Shown here piece after piece: positions 52,880-63,517 of a DNA stretch of 64,000 nucleotides (position 1 is the stretch's first letter; the number at the start of each line of letters is the position of its first letter). Under the pieces are notes generated by a model. That model did no database searches and had not been told where the DNA came from. It saw nothing but the letters and a program-made list of their open reading frames with translations. The stretch lies in contig JAVRCJ020000020.1 of assembly GCA_034530875.2 (NCBI GenBank), positions 32,001-96,000 of the forward strand, written 5' to 3'. This stretch comes from Nostoc sp. DedSLP01 (GTDB lineage Bacteria > Cyanobacteriota > Cyanobacteriia > Cyanobacteriales > Nostocaceae). A program made the translations under genes and the position numbers.

Positions 52880-53560
52880 AGAAGCACCAAAACGATAACC
52901 TTTGCCGTAAACTGTGTGAATCAGCGTCGATTCTTTACCTACCTCAATTTTACGGCGCAGCAATCGAATTAATGCCGCTATGACGTTACTACTTGGTTGT
53001 TCTTCGTCTGACCACAAAGTTTGCATAATCTGGGCGTGAGTCAGCAGTTGTCCAGTGTGTTCCATAAAGTATTGCAACAGCTGACTTTCTTTTTGGGAAA
53101 GTTCAATTATCCTCCCTTGGCGATAAGCTACTTGATTCTCACAATCAAGTTCTAAATCAGCTACAGTTAGCCGTCCAGTTGTGGTTTCATAAGTAGTTTG
53201 GGAACCAGAACGACGCAACAAAGCCCTAACTCTGGCTAGTAACTCCCGCAGTTCAAAAGGTTTTACTAAATAATCGTCTGCACCAGCGTCTAAACCTTGT
53301 ACGCGGTCATCTAAAGTATCTTTAGCCGTGAGAAACAGTACGGGAGTAGTTTTGCCTTGGCGTCGCAATTCTTGACAAATTTCTAACCCTGTTTTTCCCG
53401 GCAGCATCCAATCTAAAATTAGTAGGTCGTAACTGCCTCGTGCAAGTTCGCTACCGCTAGTACCATCATAAGCGGCATCGACAGTATAACCCTCGCGAGT
53501 TAACAAGCGACTCAAGGGTTGAGCTAGTTCAACTTCATCATCAACTAATAAAATTCTCAT
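52862..53560 (-). CDS. OmpR-family response regulator (RppA-like)
   Basis: MRILLVDDE, LDWMLP, GADDYLVKPF and HTVYGKGYRF. Confidence 0.93.
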   Translation of the reverse strand: MRILLVDDEVELAQPLSRLLTREGYTVDAAYDGTSGSELARGSYDLLILDWMLPGKTGLEICQELRRQGKTTPVLFLTAKDTLDDRVQGLDAGADDYLVKPFELRELLARVRALLRRSGSQTTYETTTGRLTVADLELDCENQVAYRQGRIIELSQKESQLLQYFMEHTGQLLTHAQIMQTLWSDEEQPSSNVIAALIRLLRRKIEVGKESTLIHTVYGKGYRFGASSVESV

Positions 53561-53634
53561 GCTGCTTGTGGTAAGCATATAGAGATATTCTCAATAATAT
53601 TGAACCGCAAAGACGCAGGATACTAAGAAAAATA

Positions 53635-54279
53635 ATGCTGACTGTTGCATTACCAAAAGGGGAACTTCTTAAACATAGCATCCGGTTGCTACAAGCTGTC
53701 GGGTTAGATTTTAGTGCTTTTTTAGATTCAGGAACTCGCCAACTTCAAATACCTGACGCTAAGGGGCAAGCAAAAGCGCTATTAGTACGGGCGCAGGATG
53801 TACCTGTTTATGTAGAATATGGTCAGGCACAACTGGGTGTTGTCGGTTACGATGTGCTACGGGAAAAACAGCCGCAAGTCGCGCACTTGGTGGATTTAAA
53901 GTTTGGATATTGTCGCATGTCGGTGGCGGTAAAAGCATCGAGTTCTTACCGATCGCCCCTAGATTTACCGCTTTATGGTAGAGTTGCCTCTAAATATGTT
54001 AATTGCGCTCGTGAATATTTCCACAGTCTCGATTTACCCGTGGAAATTGTGCCATTGTATGGTTCAGTGGAACTAGGGCCGATTACTGGTATGTCAGAAG
54101 CGATCGTCGATTTAGTTTCCACAGGACGGACTTTACGCGAAAACGGTTTGATTGAAATTGCTACCCTCTATGAAAGTACAGCACGCTTAATTGCCCATCC
54201 CCTGAGTTACCGTCTAAACACTGGTAATTTGAGCGATGTAATTAGCAAGCTGCGAGAAGCTGTTTTATTAGGCGTTTAA
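53635..54279 (+). CDS. hisG: ATP phosphoribosyltransferase, short form
   Basis: [31 protein letters not shown] and [16 protein letters not shown]. Confidence 0.96.
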   Translation: MLTVALPKGELLKHSIRLLQAVGLDFSAFLDSGTRQLQIPDAKGQAKALLVRAQDVPVYVEYGQAQLGVVGYDVLREKQPQVAHLVDLKFGYCRMSVAVKASSSYRSPLDLPLYGRVASKYVNCAREYFHSLDLPVEIVPLYGSVELGPITGMSEAIVDLVSTGRTLRENGLIEIATLYESTARLIAHPLSYRLNTGNLSDVISKLREAVLLGV

Positions 54280-54344
54280 TAGTCATTGGTCATTAGTCAT
54301 TAGCAAACAAAAAATAACTAATTACAAAGGACAAAATTCTGAAT

Positions 54345-54383
54345 TTTTGGTGCGTTAGGAATAACATCTATAACGCACCAAAA
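54345..54383. repeat. REP-like palindrome between convergent genes
   Basis: TTTTGGTGCGTTA ... TAACGCACCAAAA; degenerate relative at about 50960-50990. Confidence 0.6.
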
Positions 54384-54429
54384 CAGATTCTATTTCAACT
54401 TCTTTCCTTGTCCTCTTGCCAATCTAGTA

Positions 54430-55125
54430 TTAGCGTTTTATAGCTTCAAAAAGATAATACACTATTGATTCGTCTTTAGTGCTAAAAAATGTATCAACTC
54501 TAAACGAATCAAAATACTGATTATATCTGTCATAAACTTCCTGAACGCTGTTAAAGTGGCGGACATGGGATTTCATGGGAAAATTTGGGACGCTTCCATA
54601 AAAGCGTGTACCCTGACGAATCTTTTTAATTACTTCAAGATCCCCTTCAACGTGTTCTAAAAATTCAGTAGAAACTACTGCATCATAATCATAGGTATAG
54701 AACAGATCGGTTTCAAAAGCATCGGCTACAACAAAATTAAATTCAGGGCAAGCTTTCTTGGCAGTAGCAACGAAGTTAGGGCTAAAATCAAAACCTAAAT
54801 ATTTATTAATCCCTTTATCCCGCATTAAAGTCGCTAATTGCCCACCTCCACATCCGATCTCGAGCAGGGATTTTACATTTGCCCGCTGTATGCGGTCAAC
54901 TATAACTGACCATAACGGGTAATATTCAGTTTTTGAGTAGTGAATGCGCCAATTATCAAGTTCAAGGCATCTTCGATCGTAGTAATCAGAAGTACGCTCA
55001 AAACCTTTTTCATCCTTAACAATTTGTTTGTCTCTAACGATTTGAGAATTAGTAAAAGACTTAGCCAACCGAAGTACAACAGGTGGTAAAAGTTCTTTAG
55101 CTACTGTCTTTGCTGTTCCGATCAT
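54430..55125 (-). CDS. Class I SAM-dependent methyltransferase
   Basis: LLEIGCGGG, GFDFS, VADA and EFLEHV. Confidence 0.88.
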   Translation of the reverse strand: MIGTAKTVAKELLPPVVLRLAKSFTNSQIVRDKQIVKDEKGFERTSDYYDRRCLELDNWRIHYSKTEYYPLWSVIVDRIQRANVKSLLEIGCGGGQLATLMRDKGINKYLGFDFSPNFVATAKKACPEFNFVVADAFETDLFYTYDYDAVVSTEFLEHVEGDLEVIKKIRQGTRFYGSVPNFPMKSHVRHFNSVQEVYDRYNQYFDSFRVDTFFSTKDESIVYYLFEAIKR

Positions 55126-55939
55126 TGTTATGTTTTTAAGATTTATTTTCTAATGATTGCGAAAACTTTACTTTGTGTATTTGCAGCTGGCGGCAATGCT
55201 AGCTCTAAACTTTTGTATTTAGAGCTTCTTGACTTTATTAAATCTTTCTCAAATCTCTAACATTTGAGAAATTACTCAGAAAAATCAACTTTTGAATTTC
55301 TGTCTTTCAATCTTATTTAGAGAATTTAGAATGATATTTGCTATTTGTTTGATTTTATAATATAAAATTTAGGTAAAACACAAGCCTAAATAACCAATTT
55401 TTATAAAAATTTTAATTATTTACTGAAAAATAAATTAAGTTATCACAGCGCTACTACTTAAATTTAAAGTTTTAGCAAAGTTAATATAAATTAATATATA
55501 AAATTATTTATATAGTAACAAGAGTTTAGAGATTAGGCACTTGCCAGGAATCAAATCCCCAAGCGTATCAATAATATTTTTGACAAAATCGATGAGGGGG
55601 CATTTAACCCCGTTATATCATGTCCGGCAATTCCCGATCGCGGCTACACTAGAACAGTGTAGTGCGAGTACCCTTGTGCATTCCTAGATGGCTTTTTTAA
55701 ATCTGAGTGTAGTAAAATAGCGCCAAGTTCCCTTGGCGGGGAAAAGGCTTTTCCCAGCGCTAAAGACAGCAATTTTGGCTTGGCAAGCTAGTAGCTTTTA
55801 AAAACAAAGTCATCTGTCTTGTTCTCAAACTTTCTTGATAATCCAGAAGCAGAACTAATATTAAAAGACGTTAATCTATTTTTTGAGGTAGTTGCTCTGC
55901 CTAATGGATATCATATTTAAAAAATATTAAATAAAGTTA

Positions 55940-58573
55940 ATGAACGCGGAAGATATGATGAAAGAACAGGCGAGGCTAGAAGCCTTGCGGCTTTATCAAA
56001 TACTGGATACCGAACCTGAAGAAGCTTACGACAATCTTGCTCAGTTAGCGGCATTTATTTGCGACACTTCCATATCTTTGGTAAATTTTATCGATGAAAA
56101 CCGCCAATGGTTTAAGGCAAAAGTAGGTTTAGATGTATCGGAAATGCCCCGCACTGTTGGGCTATCTTACCTTTGCCAAGAACGGCGTAGTCTTGTTGTA
56201 ATTCCAGACACCCTAGCCGATGAAAATTTGGCAAACAATCCGGTAGTAGTTGGCTATCCATATATACGATTTTATGCAGGTGTACCTCTGATCGCTCCCA
56301 AGGGAGATATGCTAGGAACTTTGTGCGTAATCGACCAAGTTCCTAAAAAATTGAACGAAAAACAAATGCAGGCGCTTGTGGCTCTGAGTCGTCTAGTAAT
56401 TGACCAACTAGAACTAAGGCGTAATGTTGCTGAGGTATCTCAAATTACCGAAAAACTCATGGCGCACGAGCAAGCAGCACGCACGGAATCGGAAGCAGCC
56501 ACAACCCGCATCGCAAATATTCTGGAAAGTATTACTGATGCCTTTTTTGCCTTGGATAAAAAATGGCTATTTACTTATGTTAACGGTCAAGCAGAACAGC
56601 TGTTGCAAAAAACCCAGAATCAGCTTTTGGGTAAAAATCTCTGGGAAGTTTTTCCCGCAAGCATCGGCACAGCATTTGAAACGCAGTATCGCAAGGCGAT
56701 GTCAGAACAGGTGAGCGTAGAATTTGAGGAGTTTTATCCACCCCTCAATCGCTGGTTTCAAGTCCACGCCTATCCAGGAAAAGACGGGTTATCTGTTTAT
56801 TTTCAAGACATTACTGAAAAACGCCAAACGGCACAAGCACTTAGGGAAAGTGAAGAACGTTGGCAATTAGCGTTACAGGGTAATAATGATGGGATTTGGG
56901 ATTGGAACCTCAAGACTAATAAAGTGTTCTTCTCAACTCGGTGGAAGCAAATGCTGGGGTATGAAGACCGCGAAGTTTGCAATAGTTGGGAGGAATGGAC
57001 GCAACTAATCCATCCTGATGAGCGAGATTTGGTACTTCAGAATTTCCAGGATCACTTTGCCAAGAAAACACCATTTTATGTCTGTGAGTATCGAGTCCAA
57101 TGCCGAGACGGCAGCTATAAATGGATTCTGGATCGAGGACAGGCACTTTGGGACGCATTAGGGAATGTGGTGCGAATGGTTGGTTCTTATACAGATATCA
57201 CAGATCGCAAGCGAACAGAAGAGGAATTACAGCGGCAGAGTGTGCGATCGCAATTATTTTCTGAAATTACTCTCAAAATTCGAGACTCTTTACAAATCGA
57301 CGAAATTCTCCAAACCACCGTTAATGAAGTCCAAAAACTCTTGCAAGCTGACCGAGCTTTAATATTTCAAATTTTGCCTGACGGTTCGGGAACGGTAGTA
57401 CAAGAAGCCGTACTACCTGGCTGGCCTGTAACTTGGAAAAAAAATCTGATCGATAACTGTTTTAAAGAAGAATTTTTAGACAAATATCGTCACGGGAGAA
57501 TCGGTGCAATTGAAGACATTCAAACTGCGAGTATTCAACCTTGTCATCGAGAATTTCTAGAGCAGTTTGCTGTCAAGGCTAACCTTGTAGTGCCAATTAT
57601 GGTCAGAGATGATATTTGGGGCTTACTGCTGGCTCACCAATGTAGCGGGCCGCGCAAGTGGAATACCTTTGAGATAGAACTTTTACAGCAACTAGGTAAC
57701 CAAATTGGCATTGCTTTATCTCAAGCGCAACTACTAGAACAGCAAACCCGCCAAAGTCAAGAACTCTCTCGTTCCAATGCCGAATTAGAACAATTTGCCT
57801 ACGTAGCTTCCCATGACTTGCAAGAGCCATTGCGGATGGTAACCAGTTATTTACAATTGCTGGAGCGAAGATACAAAAATCAACTCGATAATAGCGCCGA
57901 TCAGTTTATCAACTACGCTGTAGATGGCGCACGCCGGATGCAGATTTTGATCAATGATTTATTGAACTATTCCCGCCTCAGCACTCGCGGGCAACCGTTT
58001 GTACGTTTTGATTGTAATATTGTTTTAAAGCAAGCGATTGCCAATCTCCAAGTAGCGATCGCAGATAGTAATGCAATTATTACCTTTGATACTTTACCTG
58101 AAGTGATAGGTGATGCTACCCAATTAACACAAGTATTTCAAAACCTCATCGCTAACGCCATCAAATTCTGCCAAAATCAGCAGCCGCGAATTGACATTGG
58201 AGTAGGGAGTAGGGAGTGGGGAGTAGGGAGTAGGACAGATGAGAAAGTAGGGAAAGATGAGGGAGATAAGGGAGAAAATACTTCTTTATCTTCCTCATCC
58301 CCCCCACTCCCCACTCCCCACTCCCCACTCCCCACTCCCAACGAATATCTTTTCTGGGTACGCGATAATGGTATTGGTATAGAACCCCAGTATGCCGAGC
58401 GTATTTTTGTAATTTTTCAGCGCTTGCACGGTAGAGATAAATATCCGGGTACTGGTATCGGTTTGGCAATTTGTAAGAAGATTATAGAACGCCACGATGG
58501 CCGTATCTGGGTTGAGTCGAAACCGGGTCAAGGCTCGACTTTCTACTTCACAATTCCAGATAAAAACTCTTAA
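55940..58573 (+). CDS. Sensor histidine kinase GAF-PAS-PAS-GAF(CBCR, DXCF type)-HisKA-HATPase
   Basis: RLEALRLYQILDT and RFYAGVPL (GAF); two PAS; DNCF and PCH in the second GAF; YVASHDLQEPLR; GTGIGLAICKKI. Confidence 0.93.
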   Translation: MNAEDMMKEQARLEALRLYQILDTEPEEAYDNLAQLAAFICDTSISLVNFIDENRQWFKAKVGLDVSEMPRTVGLSYLCQERRSLVVIPDTLADENLANNPVVVGYPYIRFYAGVPLIAPKGDMLGTLCVIDQVPKKLNEKQMQALVALSRLVIDQLELRRNVAEVSQITEKLMAHEQAARTESEAATTRIANILESITDAFFALDKKWLFTYVNGQAEQLLQKTQNQLLGKNLWEVFPASIGTAFETQYRKAMSEQVSVEFEEFYPPLNRWFQVHAYPGKDGLSVYFQDITEKRQTAQALRESEERWQLALQGNNDGIWDWNLKTNKVFFSTRWKQMLGYEDREVCNSWEEWTQLIHPDERDLVLQNFQDHFAKKTPFYVCEYRVQCRDGSYKWILDRGQALWDALGNVVRMVGSYTDITDRKRTEEELQRQSVRSQLFSEITLKIRDSLQIDEILQTTVNEVQKLLQADRALIFQILPDGSGTVVQEAVLPGWPVTWKKNLIDNCFKEEFLDKYRHGRIGAIEDIQTASIQPCHREFLEQFAVKANLVVPIMVRDDIWGLLLAHQCSGPRKWNTFEIELLQQLGNQIGIALSQAQLLEQQTRQSQELSRSNAELEQFAYVASHDLQEPLRMVTSYLQLLERRYKNQLDNSADQFINYAVDGARRMQILINDLLNYSRLSTRGQPFVRFDCNIVLKQAIANLQVAIADSNAIITFDTLPEVIGDATQLTQVFQNLIANAIKFCQNQQPRIDIGVGSREWGVGSRTDEKVGKDEGDKGENTSLSSSSPPLPTPHSPLPTPNEYLFWVRDNGIGIEPQYAERIFVIFQRLHGRDKYPGTGIGLAICKKIIERHDGRIWVESKPGQGSTFYFTIPDKNS

Positions 58574-58585
58574 GCGATCGTAAAC

Positions 58586-59023
58586 ATGCAAGCGATTATG
58601 CCTATTGAGGTTTTGTTAGTAGAGGACAATCCAGGCGATGCCCAACTTACGCGCATCGCCTTGGAAGATAGCAAAATCTCGATTCACCTGAACGTCGTAG
58701 AAGATGGTGTCGAAGCAATGGCATTCTTACGAAAACAAGAAAAATATGTCAAAGCAGCCCATCCAGATATTGTGCTGCTCGATTTGAATCTTCCTAAAAA
58801 AGATGGACGAGAAGTATTGGCAGAAATTAAAGCAGATGAATACCTCAAGCGAATTCCTGTGGTGGTTTTGACCACTTCCCAAGCCGAAGAGGACATCCTC
58901 AGAGCCTATAATCTTTCGGCAAACTGTTACATAACTAAGCCAGTAGATTTCGATCAATTCGTTAAAATTGTAAAATCAATCGAAAATTTTTGGTTTGCGA
59001 TTGTAAAACTGCCACCGGAGTAA
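58586..59023 (+). CDS. Stand-alone response regulator (Rcp1-like)
   Basis: [34 protein letters not shown] and FW C-terminal motif. Confidence 0.93.
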   Translation: MQAIMPIEVLLVEDNPGDAQLTRIALEDSKISIHLNVVEDGVEAMAFLRKQEKYVKAAHPDIVLLDLNLPKKDGREVLAEIKADEYLKRIPVVVLTTSQAEEDILRAYNLSANCYITKPVDFDQFVKIVKSIENFWFAIVKLPPE

Positions 59024-61308
59024 TGGCAATGGCAGGTAAAAATATAAAAGTTTTATTAGTGGAAGACAACCCTGGTGATATTTTTTTATTACAGGAGTTT
59101 TTAAAGGAAGTAAACACAGTTGTAGTTGAATTGATGCCCGTTGAGGCGCTTTCCAAAGCACTCAACCACCTAGAAAATGAAATTTTTGATGTCATTCTCT
59201 TAGATCTTTCCTTGCCAGATAGTGAGGGACTAGAAACCTTTGTCACTGCTCACCAAAGCGCAAAATCAACTCCAATCATTGTGCTAACGGGTATAAACGA
59301 TGAAACCTTGGCAACTAAAGCAATGCAGGAAGGAGCGCAAGATTATTTAGTCAAAGGGCAAGTAACTGGCGATTTGCTGGTACGTTCCATGCGTTATGCG
59401 ATCGAACGTCAACAGGCAGACAACGCACTGCGACAGAGTGAAGAACGATTTCGCGTAGCTTTGAAAAACTCTCCGATTTTTGTCTACAACCAAGATAAGG
59501 AGTTACGGTACACTTGGGTTTACAATCCTTGCTATGGATTGAGCGTCGAGCAAATATTGGGCACAAAAGACTTCGATATTATGTGTGACGAAGATGCTCA
59601 ACGCCTGACGAATATCAAACTTAAGGTACTAAACACTGGCATAGGCACAAGAGAAAAAATATCAATTACAATCAAAGACATAACTCGATATTACGATTTG
59701 ACAGTTGAGCCATTGCGGAACGAATCGCAAGAAGTTGTCGGGGTGACTTGCGCCAGTATCGATATCAGCGAACAACAAGCTGCATTGCGCGAACACAAAT
59801 TAGCCCAAGAAAAAATCAAAGAACAAGCAGCATTGCTCGATGTCACCACAGATGCTATTTTCGTCCGAGATTTAAACAATCAAATTGTCTTCTGGAACAA
59901 AGGTGCAGAAACACTTTACGGTTGGCGAGCTACAGAGGCTGTGGGAAAAAGCGTCAGCGAACTTTTATTTGACGAACCTTCGCCGGAAATCGAAGCGGCT
60001 CTTTTAGAAGTGATTAGTCAAGGTCAGTGGCAAGGCGAGTTAACTAAAATTACCAAAACTAACAAGGAAGTCCTTGTTGCTAGCCGTTGGAGTTTGGTAT
60101 CTGATGAAGAGGGAAAACCTAAATCAATTCTGAGCGTTGACACAGATATTACAGAGAAAAAACATTTAGAAGCCCAATTGTTTCGCGCTCAACGTTTGGA
60201 AAGCATTGGCACCTTAGCTAGTGGCATTGCTCACGACCTCAACAATATTCTGACGCCGATTTTGGCAGGAGCGCAACTATTACCATTGAAATTTCCCGAT
60301 GCAGACGAACGAACTCGCCATTTACTAGAAATTGTGGAAATCAACGCCAGACGCGGAGCTGATTTAGTCAAACAGGTGCTATCTTTTGCGCGGGGTGTGG
60401 AAGGAAAACACATCAATTTGCAACTCAGGCATTTAATTATGGAGGTTGCCAAAATTCTCAAAGAGACATTTCCCAAATCCATAGAAATTAGCACTGATGT
60501 ACTACAGGATTTATGGATGGTTTCTGGAGATAGTACCCAACTCCATCAAGTACTAATGAACCTCTGCGTTAATGCTCGCGATGCTATGCCCAATGGCGGT
60601 AGTTTGATAATTTCTGGGGAAAATCTATTTATTGACGAAAATTATGCGCGGATGAATCTGGAAGCCAAGGTGGGAGCTTATACAGTGATTACTGTCTCGG
60701 ATACTGGAGTTGGGATTCCGCGAGAAATGTTAGATAGAATTTTTGAGCCATTTTTTACCACAAAAAATCTCGGGCAAGGCACAGGTTTAGGACTTTCGAC
60801 GGTACTGGGAATCATCAAAAGCCACGGAGGTTTCGTGAATGTGTACAGCGAACCCGGAAGTGGTACTAGCTTTAAAGTTTACTTGCCAGCTGTAGAAGGT
60901 ATGGAAACACTTACCTTGGCAGATTCGATACCACAAACAGGACATGGAGAGTTGATTTTACTTGTGGATGACGAGCCAGCCATTCAGGAGATTACTAAAT
61001 CATCGCTGGAAACTTACAACTACAAAACCTTAATTGCCAGCGATGGCATTGAAGCGATCGCACTGTACGCTAAAAATGCCAGCAAAATTAGTGCTGTATT
61101 AATCGATATCATGCTGCCTTCTCTGGATGGTTTAACTGCTATTCGTACCTTGAAAAAAATCAACCCAGAAGTCAAAGTTATTGCTAGCAGTGGATTAATG
61201 TCTGAAAGTAAGCTTAGTGCAGTAGCAAACATTGGTGTCACTACATTTTTGCCAAAACCTTATACTGTCAACGAATTATTACTTTCTTTACAAAAAGTGC
61301 TTTCCTAA
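59023..61308 (+). CDS. Hybrid histidine kinase REC-PAS-PAS-HisKA-HATPase-REC
   Basis: TAATG overlap with the preceding gene; GIAHDLNNIL; NLCVNARDAM; GTGLGL; receiver domains at both ends. Confidence 0.93.
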   Translation: MAMAGKNIKVLLVEDNPGDIFLLQEFLKEVNTVVVELMPVEALSKALNHLENEIFDVILLDLSLPDSEGLETFVTAHQSAKSTPIIVLTGINDETLATKAMQEGAQDYLVKGQVTGDLLVRSMRYAIERQQADNALRQSEERFRVALKNSPIFVYNQDKELRYTWVYNPCYGLSVEQILGTKDFDIMCDEDAQRLTNIKLKVLNTGIGTREKISITIKDITRYYDLTVEPLRNESQEVVGVTCASIDISEQQAALREHKLAQEKIKEQAALLDVTTDAIFVRDLNNQIVFWNKGAETLYGWRATEAVGKSVSELLFDEPSPEIEAALLEVISQGQWQGELTKITKTNKEVLVASRWSLVSDEEGKPKSILSVDTDITEKKHLEAQLFRAQRLESIGTLASGIAHDLNNILTPILAGAQLLPLKFPDADERTRHLLEIVEINARRGADLVKQVLSFARGVEGKHINLQLRHLIMEVAKILKETFPKSIEISTDVLQDLWMVSGDSTQLHQVLMNLCVNARDAMPNGGSLIISGENLFIDENYARMNLEAKVGAYTVITVSDTGVGIPREMLDRIFEPFFTTKNLGQGTGLGLSTVLGIIKSHGGFVNVYSEPGSGTSFKVYLPAVEGMETLTLADSIPQTGHGELILLVDDEPAIQEITKSSLETYNYKTLIASDGIEAIALYAKNASKISAVLIDIMLPSLDGLTAIRTLKKINPEVKVIASSGLMSESKLSAVANIGVTTFLPKPYTVNELLLSLQKVLS

Positions 61309-61465
61309 GTAAAAGAAGTTAAAACGTAAAAGGCAAAATATTTTTTATACCAGTTGAACCATAGTTAACAACATCAACTGACTGTAAAACACAGATAGCA
61401 ACGGGCTTTAAGACCTGTTGGTATTGCTATTGCCTGTTACTTACTATAGCTTTTGACTTTTTAAT

Positions 61466-62377
61466 ATGCCTAAGTTTTTCAAGTTAATCATCAATATAGT
61501 AGCCTTAGCCATATTCTTACTTGTATCTCACCAAGTTTGGGCGCAAGAATGGCGTCCAGTTCGCGGCGGTATTTCTTTTGGTATCAGCGGTATGACGTTG
61601 ATAAAGCAGCAAAGTAATTCTTTAGATTTTCTGATTGTTCATGATAATAAAAAACCCAATCAAAGCCGTTTGGCAATTATTAGTGTTAAAGGCAAAAACC
61701 AACCCGAATATTTTCCTTTAAGTTGGGCGAATCAAACAGAATTGCCAAGTGATTTGGAGGCAATAACAAATATTCCTCAAGATAAAAATTCGGATTTTAT
61801 TGCTTTAAGTAGTACAGGTAAGGTTTATTATTTCAAGTTAGATATTAAGACAAAAAATATTTCTATAGTGAAAGAGTTTGAACTACCAGAAATTACGTCA
61901 AAAACTAATTTAGAAGCATTTGGCTTACAATATATAGATGGTAAATTAATTGCTATATGGGCCGATCGCGGAGAAGGAAAAACAGCAGCAACCATTTATT
62001 TTGGAGAATTTAACCCCAAAACTTATCAAATTAAACTCTCAGGTTATAGTAACTTTAAAGTGCCATTTCCCTCTGGCAATGTCCGGCATATTTCCGATCT
62101 AAAAGTAGACTCATTGGGAATTGTTTACGTTACATCAGCCAGCGATCCTGGTGATGACGGCCCATTTGAATCAGCTGTGTATATTGCTGGTTACTTGAAA
62201 TTGTGCGGTAATAATATAATTTGGCGATCGCATCCTCAACTCGTTCCCCTTTATCGCTCTTATTATCACAAAATTGAAGCGATAGAACTGATTCCAGGTG
62301 TAGAAGGCGGTGTGATTGTCGGTACGGATGACGAAAATCTCGGTTCCTATATATATATTGTGGGCGGAAATAACTGA
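61466..62377 (+). CDS. Secreted hypothetical protein, probable beta-propeller
   Basis: Signal peptide ending VWA|QEW; recurring GISG, DLEAI, NLEA, ISDL and KIEAI blade-like motifs. Confidence 0.75.
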   Translation: MPKFFKLIINIVALAIFLLVSHQVWAQEWRPVRGGISFGISGMTLIKQQSNSLDFLIVHDNKKPNQSRLAIISVKGKNQPEYFPLSWANQTELPSDLEAITNIPQDKNSDFIALSSTGKVYYFKLDIKTKNISIVKEFELPEITSKTNLEAFGLQYIDGKLIAIWADRGEGKTAATIYFGEFNPKTYQIKLSGYSNFKVPFPSGNVRHISDLKVDSLGIVYVTSASDPGDDGPFESAVYIAGYLKLCGNNIIWRSHPQLVPLYRSYYHKIEAIELIPGVEGGVIVGTDDENLGSYIYIVGGNN

Positions 62378-62387
62378 TACCAATTCA

Positions 62388-62428
62388 CTTTCCCCCTTAC
62401 CCTTTTCCCGACTTCTGCAAGAAGTCTA
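62388..62428. repeat. Half copy of the TAGACCTCTTGCA MITE family
   Basis: CCCCCTTACCCTTTTCCCGACTTCTGCAAGAAGTCTA is the near reverse complement of 22739-22775. Confidence 0.7.
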
Positions 62429-62470
62429 TTGATTAGGTAGAAAAATATAGCTGCTGGGATTCAATTAAAT

Positions 62471-62496
62471 GGGGCGCATAGCTAACTATGCGCCCC
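62471..62496. terminator. REP/terminator-like hairpin between convergent genes
   Basis: GGGGCGCATAG-CTAA-CTATGCGCCCC. Confidence 0.55.
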
Positions 62497-62545
62497 TACT
62501 GTAATTTATTCAAATGTCAATTACTTGTGATGATTAGCTATGCAA

Positions 62546-63316
62546 TTAACGGAAGTTACCAGGATTTAAGCGAACAGAGTTAGGCTGAGACTGGCGACGA
62601 ATTGCAACTCCATTGCGGAGGTTTCTAGCGGTACCGCCATCTTTGGCGTCGAGGAAAGGCTTGAGATTAATCGCACCTCTAGATGAACTAACTCGATTGT
62701 TACCATTGCCTAGCAGCGTGCGTCCTAAATTATATATGCTTCCGGAGCGATCGCCATAAGTGTTAACGGCTATGGTTTGTTGTCCGCTGTCAGCAGTAGT
62801 CAAGTTTTGGAAAATACTATTGCGGATAACAACGGGATCTTTGCCAGGCGGTACTGTCAAGACAATTCTACAGGTTGGGTTAACTTCAGTTGTGACGCAA
62901 ACAATGTTTTGGTTATTTTGTACCGATGTCTGGAGTTCTTGCAAACCATCTGGACGATACTGTTCCAAGCGGCTGGCAATTGCTACACAACGTCTTTCGG
63001 CATCCCAACCACCGCCTAAAGTCGCAGGTGCCGCCCAAGGAAAGTATTGTCCTGGTTGACTTTGTGGCTGATACATGACGGTGTACTGTCCATTGTAAGT
63101 CTGACAGGTAAAGCGAGTTGTACTGTCACCAGAAGGTGATGTTGGTATGCCTGTGGATGTATCTATTGGTACGCTCCCACCTTGTGGTACTGTTGGTACT
63201 ACCACACCATCCCCGCTGCTTGAATCGTCATATTGCGCCATTGCTGCGGAATTACCGAGACACAAAGATAAGCCAAGACTGCCTAAAGATATCAATCGCA
63301 GCAGTTTTGATGACAT
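62546..63316 (-). CDS. COP23 domain secreted protein
   Basis: Signal peptide; RFTC, GGGWDAERRCVAIASRL, IVC and CRIVLTVPP; GGAGG RBS upstream of ATG 63316. Confidence 0.85.
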   Translation of the reverse strand: MSSKLLRLISLGSLGLSLCLGNSAAMAQYDDSSSGDGVVVPTVPQGGSVPIDTSTGIPTSPSGDSTTRFTCQTYNGQYTVMYQPQSQPGQYFPWAAPATLGGGWDAERRCVAIASRLEQYRPDGLQELQTSVQNNQNIVCVTTEVNPTCRIVLTVPPGKDPVVIRNSIFQNLTTADSGQQTIAVNTYGDRSGSIYNLGRTLLGNGNNRVSSSRGAINLKPFLDAKDGGTARNLRNGVAIRRQSQPNSVRLNPGNFR

Positions 63317-63517
63317 AGCCATCCTCCAGTATAAATATGTAGGGATTTGATAGTTTAATAACAAAGAATTCAAGAGTCAGTTGTCAGAATTCATACTCAA
63401 TTCTGTATGACTGTCGGATAAATAACTGTTGAAATCAAGCATTGCTGAATTCTAAATTCTGAATTCTGACTTCTGTTTTAAGTGACGAATAATTCTATTT
63501 TTTGATTCATTCAAAAC

